Positions 1 to 9,279 of a stretch of DNA of 64,000 bases are shown piece after piece. The notes under the pieces were generated by a model. That model made no database searches. It saw only the letters and a program-made list of their open reading frames with translations, and had not been told where the DNA came from. Position numbers and translations under genes: made by a program. Every line of letters begins with the position of its first letter. Within the stretch, counting starts at the first letter, position 1. Source of the DNA: Candidatus Poribacteria bacterium (GTDB lineage: Bacteria > Poribacteria > WGA-4E > WGA-3G); the NCBI GenBank assembly GCA_965205015.1, contig OZ242029.1, positions 480,001 to 544,000 on the forward strand. The letters are read 5' to 3'.

Positions 1-168
1 TCCCCCTATAAACTTCTGAGTATCCAAATTATGTCTTGACCGATTACACACCCTATGCTATCCTATCCACATCAATACTTTTAAGAAGGAGGAGGACCTT
101 TTCTCTTCGCGATGGAAGCCTCGTAAACCTTGGTCGGGGATGTGGAGAGTTTCGGTTACCATATTTTT

Positions 169-1185
169 ATGCAAGTTGCAGCAATGTTTGGTGAGGGTAA
201 GGGAGGCGTGGTAGATAAACCCGATCCTCAGGCAGCAGGAGATATCGTCGTTGTTAAAATTCATGCCGTCCCAATGTGTACAGAATATAAAGGATTCATA
301 TCTGGCGGCACCGGCGATAATTTTGGTCACGAAGCCGCTGGAGAAGTCGTCGAAGTCGCACAACCCGGTCGTGTCAAGGTAGGCGACCGTGTGGTGGTGC
401 AGCCACAGAACTCCTGTGGGAAGTGCGAGATGTGTGCGATTGGTGAGCATATCCACTGCCTCAAAGGACGGAACATCCAGGAGATTCTCGGGACGGAACC
501 GGCTTCAGCGACTTACGCGCAGTATATGCACAAAATGGAAGATCTGTTGTCTCCAATTCCAGATGGTGTAAGCTACGCACACGCCGGGATGGCGTGTTGT
601 GGATTGGGACCGACATTCGGTGCCATGGAGCAGATGCAGGTCAATTCATTAGATACCGTCATGGTTACCGGATTGGGTCCCGTTGGACTTGGCGGGATTG
701 TGAATGCCCGGTACCGCGGTGCGCGTGTCATCGGTGTTGAAAGCCACCCGTATCGCGCCGCACTCGCGAAAAAATTAGGCGCAGACATTGTCTTCAATCC
801 GATGGATGAAGATATCCTCGATCAGATCCAAGACTTTACGGACGGAGTCGGCGTTGACAAAGCATTGGACTGCTCAGGCGCGTCTGCGGCACACCGGTTG
901 ATGGTCGATGCTGCCCGCAGGAAAGGACAGGTCACGTTCGTTGGAGAAGGTGGGGAATTTCCGCTTGGCGCAAGCCGAGATATGATTCGGAAAGGTCTCG
1001 TGCTACGCGGGAATTGGCACTATAACCTCGGTGTCTATCCAAAATTGATGCAGGTGATTCAGAGTGTGCCTGAACAAATAGATACCTTCATCACTCACAC
1101 GTTCCCGATGCATGACGTTCAGACAGCGTGGGAATTGCAAGCAACAGGTGAGTGTGGTAAGGTTGTGCTGGATCCGTGGGCATAG
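169..1185 (+). CDS. Zinc-binding (MDR family) alcohol/sugar dehydrogenase
   Basis: GHEAAGEV catalytic Zn motif, CGKCEMC..C structural Zn motif, GLGPVG Rossmann motif; start moved to ATG 169. Confidence 0.9.
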   Translation: MQVAAMFGEGKGGVVDKPDPQAAGDIVVVKIHAVPMCTEYKGFISGGTGDNFGHEAAGEVVEVAQPGRVKVGDRVVVQPQNSCGKCEMCAIGEHIHCLKGRNIQEILGTEPASATYAQYMHKMEDLLSPIPDGVSYAHAGMACCGLGPTFGAMEQMQVNSLDTVMVTGLGPVGLGGIVNARYRGARVIGVESHPYRAALAKKLGADIVFNPMDEDILDQIQDFTDGVGVDKALDCSGASAAHRLMVDAARRKGQVTFVGEGGEFPLGASRDMIRKGLVLRGNWHYNLGVYPKLMQVIQSVPEQIDTFITHTFPMHDVQTAWELQATGECGKVVLDPWA

Positions 1186-1243
1186 CCTCTTTTTAAATGT
1201 TCCCTACGGGTCAAGATCAGGGATTCATCCTTCAACACGTCTT

Positions 1244-2593
1244 TCAGACGGTTGCGTCTTGGAGACGACGGAGTTTGAGGACGAAAGACGCTTCGTTGAG
1301 CTCTACCATATCATAAGAGATCGCTTCCCCTTGAGAAACATCGCTTTTGAGTTTGACATCATACGCCAAACCGAGGGGAAGTAGATTCTCAGCGCGTGCA
1401 ACTTCCGCCTTTTCAATGAGTCCGTTGACGGTATACCCACCACTTCCATCAAGGGCTTCTCCGGCTTTCAAATTGCGTTTAGCAACCGTAATCACATCCG
1501 CAACGGGTGTCGGCAGCGGCGTGCCTGTTGGTTGTCCATAGAGCGCAGCTTTTGCAATCGAAATAGGTGCTTCAACAGCCACTAAGTGATACGGACGGTA
1601 AAGAAGATAGTTCTTTCCGTTCCCACCGGGATAGAGATTGTAGCCAGCAAGATCTTCTTGCGTGAACGGGTGATCCGTCCGAATGACAACGAACACTCCC
1701 ATCCGAAGCGGATTCTCCAGCATCGTCCTCCCATCGGTCGCAACACTGTTTGCGAGCTCTACGACCCCGTGTCGGTTTAGAATACCCCCCTCCTCTTGAA
1801 GGCTGAAGACCTTGGCAATGTCTTCAATGTTCACTGAAGGTTCGTGCATACCGCGGATATCCGGTGGCAGTCCTGCCATATTTGCCAACGAGGTCATTTC
1901 AATTTGCGCTTTCGATCCATCTCGAAATGAATTGAACATCTTGAAGTTAATCGTGCGACGCTCAATATGTTCTTGGCTAAATCCGAATCTCTGAGGAACG
2001 GTATCTGGTATCCCGACACGATCATCGTCATAGAACACGGTGCCGCGTCCGGCAGCGACGATTTCAAAACCGAGCGTTTTTGACCACTCAACGATGTTCA
2101 TCGTCACACCGGGCTGATCCCCGTCGACGAGCGTATAAACAACCCCCGCGGTGTCTGCCAAGCGTCTCAGAAACGGACCGATAGTCACATCGGTCTCGAC
2201 GTTAACCATCACCAGATGCTTCTTGTGCATCAGGGTATGGTACGCCATTCGCGCGCCGACTTCAGGGATACCGGTGGCTTCAACAACCACATCAATTAAA
2301 TCCGATTGGATAATGTGTAGTCCATCTTCAGTGATTGCGCGTTTACCGCTGCGGATCGCATCGTTCATTGCGTCAACGTTTCCCACCCGCTGAATCGCGT
2401 CGGAGAGGACATCGCTGACTTTATACGCGCCTTTAGCATGTCCCAAGTCAATGTCGGCAATTGCGCTTGCCACCATACCTTGCATCTGCGAGATTTGCGC
2501 CACCAGCCCGGCACCAAATTTCCCCGCACCGATGATACCGACCCGGATCGGATTATTCTCCGCTGCGCGCTTGGCAAGTTGTGTACTGAACAT
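1244..2593 (-). CDS. NAD(P)-dependent oxidoreductase, homoserine dehydrogenase-like, with C-terminal SAF domain
   Basis: GIIGAGKFG, VVEATG, GDQPG; C-terminal AKRNLKAGEALDGSGG...LPLGLA SAF domain. Confidence 0.85.
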   Translation of the reverse strand: MFSTQLAKRAAENNPIRVGIIGAGKFGAGLVAQISQMQGMVASAIADIDLGHAKGAYKVSDVLSDAIQRVGNVDAMNDAIRSGKRAITEDGLHIIQSDLIDVVVEATGIPEVGARMAYHTLMHKKHLVMVNVETDVTIGPFLRRLADTAGVVYTLVDGDQPGVTMNIVEWSKTLGFEIVAAGRGTVFYDDDRVGIPDTVPQRFGFSQEHIERRTINFKMFNSFRDGSKAQIEMTSLANMAGLPPDIRGMHEPSVNIEDIAKVFSLQEEGGILNRHGVVELANSVATDGRTMLENPLRMGVFVVIRTDHPFTQEDLAGYNLYPGGNGKNYLLYRPYHLVAVEAPISIAKAALYGQPTGTPLPTPVADVITVAKRNLKAGEALDGSGGYTVNGLIEKAEVARAENLLPLGLAYDVKLKSDVSQGEAISYDMVELNEASFVLKLRRLQDATV

Positions 2594-2646
2594 CAGGACT
2601 CCTCTTCGGAGGTCCCGCGATGGCGTGCCTCCGCTGATTTGAAACG

Positions 2647-3216
2647 CTATTGAACACGTTTCTCATATGCTGCGCGTGTCATCTCAAAGTCCACCGTTTT
2701 TCCGTCGTCCACTTCTCGTGAAACGGTGAATCCGAGTGACTCCCACAACGTTTTTGAACGGGCATTGTCTACCCGGACATCCATCGGACAGAACCGATCA
2801 ATCCCCAATTTCTCAAACGCGTGCGCGACTAAACACCGCACGACCTCTTTTCCGTAGCCTTTACCCCACAAGGTTTTGTCCCAAATTCCGATGGGTAGGC
2901 GCATTATCTTTTCACCCTCGATTTTTCCTCGCTCCAAGTTCATCCACTGCAAACAGACCTCGCCGATGGTGCGTCCGCTTGCTTTTTCTACAATCGCGAA
3001 CAAAAAACCGTCTTTTGCCATCGCCTTGCCAGCGGCTTTGAGATAGTCTTTCGTTATGGGTTCATCCGGTGGCTCCCCCTCCATCGCCAGTAGGAAATCA
3101 GGGTCATTGTAAAAGGGGACCGCAATATCAAAATCAGCATCTTTAAAGGGGCGAAGTCTGAGCCGTTTAGTTTCCAAGTGAATACTGTGGCCTGCAAAAT
3201 TACCGGGTTGTAGCAT
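2647..3216 (-). CDS. GNAT N-acetyltransferase (RimJ/RimL-like)
   Basis: LETKRLRLRPF start, WGKGYGKE acetyl-CoA motif, N..S..LWESLGF. Confidence 0.85.
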   Translation of the reverse strand: MLQPGNFAGHSIHLETKRLRLRPFKDADFDIAVPFYNDPDFLLAMEGEPPDEPITKDYLKAAGKAMAKDGFLFAIVEKASGRTIGEVCLQWMNLERGKIEGEKIMRLPIGIWDKTLWGKGYGKEVVRCLVAHAFEKLGIDRFCPMDVRVDNARSKTLWESLGFTVSREVDDGKTVDFEMTRAAYEKRVQ

Positions 3217-3240
3217 ACCTAAAACGCTCCTTACCCATTA

Positions 3241-3654
3241 TTAGAGGATTTCTGTAATCCATTCACCATCATGTGCCGGATTATAGATGAGTCCCTCTTT
3301 TATATCAAGACAGAGATCGAGATGTTCCAATACCATGTGTCCGACGAGAACAGGTGATCCGTCGGGCAGATCGGTAACCTGTATTGACCTTGTTCGTCCC
3401 AATATCGTAAATTGGACTTCTGAATAGAGAATGCGCTCAGCAATACCAGTGGCAGTGCGGACTCTTGTCGACTCGACCGGCGTGAGTCCGAGTCGTTCAA
3501 TGAGGGGAGTCGGCAAACAAAGCCCTGTTGCCCCCGTATCAACGAGGGCATCCGTAATGGTAAGCCGCCGCACGTCTTCCGGATCCATAACGCCTAATTT
3601 CACGGCTACCAAGTCGTATAGATTTTCGAGTTCAATGTGTGTTGTGTGTCTCAT
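3241..3654 (-). CDS. Clan AA (retropepsin-like) aspartic protease
   Basis: ALVDTGAT catalytic motif and LVGHMVL motif; GGGAGGAGG RBS. Confidence 0.85.
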   Translation of the reverse strand: MRHTTHIELENLYDLVAVKLGVMDPEDVRRLTITDALVDTGATGLCLPTPLIERLGLTPVESTRVRTATGIAERILYSEVQFTILGRTRSIQVTDLPDGSPVLVGHMVLEHLDLCLDIKEGLIYNPAHDGEWITEIL

Positions 3655-3712
3655 TTTTATCCTCCTCCCTTAGCGTTGAATTCTGAAATTGCGTATTGTA
3701 TTGACACGGACA

Positions 3713-3742
3713 ATTATAGCAGATTTGAATCAGAAATATCAA
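3713..3742 (-). promoter_or_regulatory. Putative sigma70 promoter of the aspartic protease gene
   Basis: Minus strand TTGATA-N18-TATAAT with extended -10 TG. Confidence 0.5.
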
Positions 3743-3784
3743 GAGGAAGGTGTCTGATTTCGCGTAGAGATCACGACTATAACA

Positions 3785-5938
3785 TTATAGACTAAATAGA
3801 TAAGTAAACTTGCTCAATACTGTCCATTCGTGCTCTTGGAGGTTTCCGTCCGAAGCATTCCACGCCTGATCAAACACGAAGTAAAAATCGCTACCGGACC
3901 GGTAGATGTAATTGAGCAGAAAGTTCGCACTTGCCCGCTCTGCACTGTCGTTCCATTGCGCGTATAATTTGGTAAAGAAACGCGTATTCAACGCATAACT
4001 GATACGTGTGCCGACAACGTTTGTCGTAAACAGATCGCTTTCGGGCAGGTTAATCCAGTTGCGTTGGTATCGCATTTCAATCGCGAACTGATACGTCATC
4101 CGCCACTGGCTATCAATGCTGATACTCACACGATCGCCATGAAAGTAATCCCCGTAATCCATCTGTCCGAAGAGCGCGAGCGGACGACTGGTCTCGGTGA
4201 AAGTAGTTAGTGAAACCTGATTCATTTCGTAATCGCCAGCGGGAATCTCAACATCACCGACGCTGAAAGGTTCCTCAACACGGTCAAAAAACCGCCGGAA
4301 ATCGAGGTTGAGTCCATCGTCGGATTCCGAAATCATGTCTCCACCAACGCCTACGTCCCAACCGATGAGCCTATTATCGTGGTCTAACAGATAACTACCA
4401 GTGAACATTGCACCGACATTTCGGACACTATATCGTCTCACTTGGACTTCGTAATCGGCATTCAACATCAACGAACGGATGTCTCGTCGATGCATGAACC
4501 CCATTTTACTGGTAAATTGGGGACCGATGTCGAGATAAGACGCATTGACGTGAAAAGAGTCGTTGCGCCAGTCGTTCGAGAGATACCATGCGATATCGCG
4601 CTCGTCCGGATCTGGAGACCAGCTGCCAACGGTCATTGCCCGCATCCGCCACTGATCGTGAGGTCGAAAAAAGAGGTCTACCCCGCCGTTGCGATGATAC
4701 TCGCCGATGTCGCTCTGCCGATTGGTGAGAATGAAACCGACGCTCGAATCACTGAGAATATCGCGCTGCATCCTTAGCACAGAGAAGTTCGTCAGCGGCG
4801 CTTCTTCTGAGGCGGCGGTTGTCATGTTGAGCGCGCCCACACTGTAAGACCCGACCTTTCCCGTCAGCTTCCCACCTCCGAGAAGCCGAACCTGTTTGCC
4901 GTCTTCAATGCCGATGCGCCGACTGTAGAAGACCGACAGCGGTGGGGGCCCGAAATCTCCGATGCCTGCCCCAAAGGCGAAGAGTCCACTCCCTTCAAGG
5001 AAGAACTCGCGCCGCTCCGGAAAAAAGAGACTGAAGCGTGTGAGGTTCACCTCCTCTTGATCGGCTTCTACCTGTGCGAAATCGGTGTTCACCGTCAAAT
5101 CCAAGGTCAGGTTCGAGGTCACCCCGTATTTCATGTCTAAGCCGAGATCGCGTTCGGCAGTCCGTTGCCACTTTGTGTCGTCGAGATGCCTCGCCAAGCC
5201 ACCGAGGAGATACGGCTTGACATCAAAATAGGATGGGGAAGCGATCCCTTCTAACCCAATAAGTTTGCCTTGATACGTCGGGTGATAGGTGCCGGGCCAA
5301 CTCTCACTTCGAGGGACCTGTATCCATTGTGTCGTTTCATTCTTTCGCGCGATATTGCGTCCAAAATTCACACCCCACACCATCGAATCGCCTTTTTTAA
5401 ACCGTAACTGATTGAACGGGATCGCGATCTCAACTGTCCACCCTTTATCGTGCCGTCGTCCCGCAGCCTCCCAGATACAGTCCCAACTCCCGTTCAGATT
5501 TTCACCGCCGTCCGTGACCGCGGTGTCTGACTGCGCACCGAGCGCATTCATCCGAAAAAAGACGCACTGTCTTTTATCACCATAGGTGTCAAGCATCACA
5601 TAAACATTGTCATTTTGCCACAGCTGGCCGTCGCGCCGCATTTCGTTCGCAACAACCTTTTCCGGTTGGGAGTCGAAACACGCAAACCCGATATAAAGTT
5701 TCCCCGTACTATACAACATGCGAACCTCTGTACGCTCACTACTCGGTTGCCCTTCATCGGGGGATTGTTGGATAAAGTCATCAATGACCTGCGCCCGCGT
5801 CCAATCTTCTTCGTTGAGATGCCCATCAATTTCGATTGTGTCTTGGGTGAACAGGGGTCTAATTTCTTTGCTGGCTTCGACATGTATGCTCGTTGCTGCG
5901 ATCACAGCAAATATTACAAGCCCGATTCTGTGGCGCAT
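3785..5938 (-). CDS. CBM9-like / DUF5916 outer-membrane protein
   Basis: Signal peptide, IDGHLNE..W CBM9-like domain, NTDFAQVEAD and FFPERREFFLEG motifs, beta-strand-rich C-terminus. Confidence 0.85.
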   Translation of the reverse strand: MRHRIGLVIFAVIAATSIHVEASKEIRPLFTQDTIEIDGHLNEEDWTRAQVIDDFIQQSPDEGQPSSERTEVRMLYSTGKLYIGFACFDSQPEKVVANEMRRDGQLWQNDNVYVMLDTYGDKRQCVFFRMNALGAQSDTAVTDGGENLNGSWDCIWEAAGRRHDKGWTVEIAIPFNQLRFKKGDSMVWGVNFGRNIARKNETTQWIQVPRSESWPGTYHPTYQGKLIGLEGIASPSYFDVKPYLLGGLARHLDDTKWQRTAERDLGLDMKYGVTSNLTLDLTVNTDFAQVEADQEEVNLTRFSLFFPERREFFLEGSGLFAFGAGIGDFGPPPLSVFYSRRIGIEDGKQVRLLGGGKLTGKVGSYSVGALNMTTAASEEAPLTNFSVLRMQRDILSDSSVGFILTNRQSDIGEYHRNGGVDLFFRPHDQWRMRAMTVGSWSPDPDERDIAWYLSNDWRNDSFHVNASYLDIGPQFTSKMGFMHRRDIRSLMLNADYEVQVRRYSVRNVGAMFTGSYLLDHDNRLIGWDVGVGGDMISESDDGLNLDFRRFFDRVEEPFSVGDVEIPAGDYEMNQVSLTTFTETSRPLALFGQMDYGDYFHGDRVSISIDSQWRMTYQFAIEMRYQRNWINLPESDLFTTNVVGTRISYALNTRFFTKLYAQWNDSAERASANFLLNYIYRSGSDFYFVFDQAWNASDGNLQEHEWTVLSKFTYLFSL

Positions 5939-6232
5939 CTTTTCTCCTCTTTTAAAGTTTTACCTATAAACGTGATATTTTGTTGTCGTTTAAAAAAGAA
6001 AACACCCTCACCGAAACCCTGCTTTTATGACCTTCAGTGATGGGCGCTATAGTGTGCAACTTAGAAACCGTTTTATCCGCTACTTATAAGCCCATCCCTG
6101 CACGACACATGGCAATAGTGCCTCGCATAATACCAAAACCAGTAAAGGCACAAAGGCAATTCTCATGCACCAATGGGGCAAACGACAGATAAAACATTTG
6201 ATAATCCTGCTTAGAATCCATATATGTTAAGT

Positions 6233-6262
6233 GTTATAGCACATTCTGCGGTTAGATGTCAA
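6233..6262 (-). promoter_or_regulatory. Putative sigma70 promoter upstream of the DUF5916 gene
   Basis: Minus strand TTGACA-N18-TATAAC with extended -10 TG. Confidence 0.55.
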
Positions 6263-6382
6263 GTCTATTTACGATTCCTATAGAATTCCTTAAAATAATT
6301 AACCTTCAATTTTTGGGAAAATTCACATTTTTTTCAAGAAAAACGAAGCAACTTCCAACTAAAGATAAGAGTAAAGTGAAGT

Positions 6383-6407
6383 GTCGGGAATCGGAGTTCC
6401 CTCCTAC
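6383..6407 (-). repeat. GTAG-type REP-like palindrome
   Basis: Minus strand GTAG-GA-GGGAA-CTCCGA-TTCCC-GAC. Confidence 0.55.
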
Positions 6408-6415
6408 AAGAAAAT

Positions 6416-6444
6416 TTGACGGGACGACGGCAGTCGGTTATAAT
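6416..6444 (+). promoter_or_regulatory. sigma70 promoter of the lamin-tail protein gene
   Basis: TTGACG-N17-TATAAT ending 35 nt before ATG 6479. Confidence 0.7.
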
Positions 6445-6478
6445 AACGTGAATTCGATAACTTGGAAGGTATTTTTCC

Positions 6479-7684
6479 ATGAAAAACTTGATGACGCGAA
6501 GGCTTGTCCTTCGTATATTTATAACCCTCCTGTTGACATTCAGCCTCCAAGGCATTGCAGACGCATTGGTCCCTGAGACTGTCGTTCCACAAGTGTTAAA
6601 GCGAACATCGCAATCAGTCCGCGAAGATGATACCGTTCCGGTAGCTGCAAAGGACGATCTCGCCATTAGCGAAATTATGTACACCACCGATACCAGTGGA
6701 CTTCCGCAGTGGATTGAACTTCACAACAGAAGCACACGAAGGGTCAGCCTTGAAGGGTGGGCAGTTACAATTGAAAATCACCCGGAAGATACATCTGTTC
6801 TCGCCACCGAACTCACCTTCACTTTAGGTGCGAAGATACTCAATGCTGACCAAGTCTTGCTACTTGTGACCGAGCAAGGTGCTAACTCTGGCGTTGGGGA
6901 GAAGCAGGGCGATATCCGAGCAGATGGCGTTCTTATCCTAAAAGACCGTATCGGAGGCACGCCAGGCTACCGCCTTTTGAGCCAAACCACCTTCAAAGTT
7001 ACCCTCACGGCACCGACTACTAAAAAAACCGCTCACAAGATACCGAGCGACATCGTGGGCAATCTCGGCGCAATACCTAAATGGGAACTTCCGCTAATTG
7101 AGAGAAACCAACGGAGTTCTATCATCCGAGTGTATGAGGGTAACGACACACCCGATGGGACAGCAGCAGACGGATGGAAACTTGCCACAGAAAAAAATCT
7201 TGGGTATCCGCAAGGCATAACCTACTACGGACACCGCAGCGATCACGGCACGCCGGGATATCGCGAACCTGATCCCTTGCCTGTGGCACTCTCTCACTTC
7301 CGTCCTGCGCGTGAAAGATCGAATAGTAGATTCCATTTGGCGCGTGAAAGGTTCACCGGCGCGCCCATTATTGCATGGATAACCGAATCCGAAACGAATA
7401 ACGCTGGATTCCTCATCAAGCGAAGTCAACACCGCGATGGCGAGCTCAAGATTATCAACGCGACCTTGATTCCTGGCGCAGGCACAACCCACGAGAAGCA
7501 ATCCTATACCTATACCGATACGACTGCGAGACCGAATGGCGTTTACTACTATCAACTTGAATGTGTCTCCATAGAGGGTACCCGGCGGACATTGACTCGC
7601 CCCATACGCCTCAAAGGACATGTTGGTCGTGCTGGTCGCATTTATGAGGAGGCTCCATTTTGGTGGAAAGATTTAAATCAGTAA
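6479..7684 (+). CDS. Secreted lamin-tail-domain protein with C-terminal Ig-like module
   Basis: Signal peptide; ISEIMY...QWIELHN lamin-tail motif, GTPG, PLPVALSHF linker, WITESETNNAGF. Confidence 0.75.
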   Translation: MKNLMTRRLVLRIFITLLLTFSLQGIADALVPETVVPQVLKRTSQSVREDDTVPVAAKDDLAISEIMYTTDTSGLPQWIELHNRSTRRVSLEGWAVTIENHPEDTSVLATELTFTLGAKILNADQVLLLVTEQGANSGVGEKQGDIRADGVLILKDRIGGTPGYRLLSQTTFKVTLTAPTTKKTAHKIPSDIVGNLGAIPKWELPLIERNQRSSIIRVYEGNDTPDGTAADGWKLATEKNLGYPQGITYYGHRSDHGTPGYREPDPLPVALSHFRPARERSNSRFHLARERFTGAPIIAWITESETNNAGFLIKRSQHRDGELKIINATLIPGAGTTHEKQSYTYTDTTARPNGVYYYQLECVSIEGTRRTLTRPIRLKGHVGRAGRIYEEAPFWWKDLNQ

Positions 7685-7698
7685 GAACAGACTTCCAC

Positions 7699-9249
7699 AT
7701 GAAAACAAACAGAAAATTTGCCTTGGGCTTGCTGGCTTTAATAATTTTGTGTGCTTGTGCGCGGGCGCCTCAAGAGATTGAAGAAAAAAGCTTAGCACCT
7801 GCAGAACCTTCAAAATCGGAAGATGTGCGGAATTCTATCGTTCGTGTAGGAGGGAGAGATATCCATGCCACCGGCTTTTTTGTGACACGGAACAAGGTCG
7901 CAACGAACATTCACGTTATTGCACACCGCGAATTCGTTCTCGTACGATCGGTTGATGATGAGAAAAACTGGACTGTTGAAGGTGTTACTGCGTTTGATGC
8001 CAAAAATGACCTTGCTATCCTAAAAGTTGCGGAGGAGGGAACGCCGTTTCCACTTGGGGACAGCGATACGCTTCAGAGAGGTGAGACTGTATCCGCCGTT
8101 GGATACCCCAAAGGAAAATATACAGTCGCAGAGGGGACTTTGCATAGCGTCCGGGATAGCGATAAATGGCTTCAGATGAACGTTAAAATTTCTCCCGGCA
8201 ACAGCGGTTCACCTGTAATAAACAGGAAAGGGCAGGTCATAGGTATCGTCTCCGCATCAGAAGATCCCTACAGTTACGCCGTCCCTTCAAACGCACTGAA
8301 AGCACTCCTCACACAATCGGGTTCCGCTGAACCATTGGCACTCTGGCGAAAACGAGTACCTATCCACCCCTATGTATACGCCTCCCGAGGGACAAGGAAC
8401 TACTTTGAGGGTCGCTACGATGAAGCGATAGCTGACTTCAATAAAGTCATCGAACTAAACCCTGAGAATACCCATGCTTATTACAATCGAGGCCTTGCAA
8501 AATTCAGGCTCGGTGATATTGAATCTGAAAAAGGAAATACGGAGAAAGCCAGACAGTTATATGAGGCAGGAATTGCAGATAGCACACAAGCTATCAAACG
8601 AACCCCAGAGGATGCCAACGCCTACCACAATCGCGCAGGTGGAAAGTTCCGTCTTGCGCAATCGGAAACAGATACTGTAAAGGAACAACAGTACTATCGA
8701 GACGCTATTGATGATTGGACACGGGTTATTACCCTGAATCCAGAACTTGCCGATCCGTATAGCAATCGCGGTGCTGCGAAGGCTCTTCTTGGTGAATCTA
8801 AAGCAGATCAGGGAGATATCGCGGAGGTACAGGCATTATATGCGTCGGCGATTCAGGATTGCACGCAAGCGATACAACTCAACCCAGAGAACCCGGATCC
8901 ATATATTAATCGGGGGTATGCCCAGTTCCGCCTCGGTAAAACTAAGACGGATAAGGAAGCTACAGCGGGGGCAGAAGTGTTATACAGAGCCGCAGTCCGA
9001 GACTGCACACAAGCCATACAACTGAACCCAGAAAAAGATGCTGCCTACAGTAATCGGGGTGTTGCTAAAGCCGCCCTCGGTAACGCTGAAGACGCGATAG
9101 AGGATTTTGATGCCGCTATCCGACTTAACCCGGAGGAGGCAGAATACTTCCATGAGCGTGGGCTTGCAAAGGAGGCACTCGGGCAAACGGAAGAAGCCAA
9201 AGCAGATTTTCAAAAGGCTAAAGAACTGGATCCGGATGTAGGAAAATAA
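7699..9249 (+). CDS. Lipoprotein: trypsin-like serine protease plus TPR repeats
   Basis: Lipobox LCAC; ATNIHV / DLAILK / GNSGSP triad motifs; multiple AYxNRG TPRs. Confidence 0.85.
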   Translation: MKTNRKFALGLLALIILCACARAPQEIEEKSLAPAEPSKSEDVRNSIVRVGGRDIHATGFFVTRNKVATNIHVIAHREFVLVRSVDDEKNWTVEGVTAFDAKNDLAILKVAEEGTPFPLGDSDTLQRGETVSAVGYPKGKYTVAEGTLHSVRDSDKWLQMNVKISPGNSGSPVINRKGQVIGIVSASEDPYSYAVPSNALKALLTQSGSAEPLALWRKRVPIHPYVYASRGTRNYFEGRYDEAIADFNKVIELNPENTHAYYNRGLAKFRLGDIESEKGNTEKARQLYEAGIADSTQAIKRTPEDANAYHNRAGGKFRLAQSETDTVKEQQYYRDAIDDWTRVITLNPELADPYSNRGAAKALLGESKADQGDIAEVQALYASAIQDCTQAIQLNPENPDPYINRGYAQFRLGKTKTDKEATAGAEVLYRAAVRDCTQAIQLNPEKDAAYSNRGVAKAALGNAEDAIEDFDAAIRLNPEEAEYFHERGLAKEALGQTEEAKADFQKAKELDPDVGK

Positions 9250-9279
9250 CCACAGATAATAAGGTTAAGGTATCCATTT

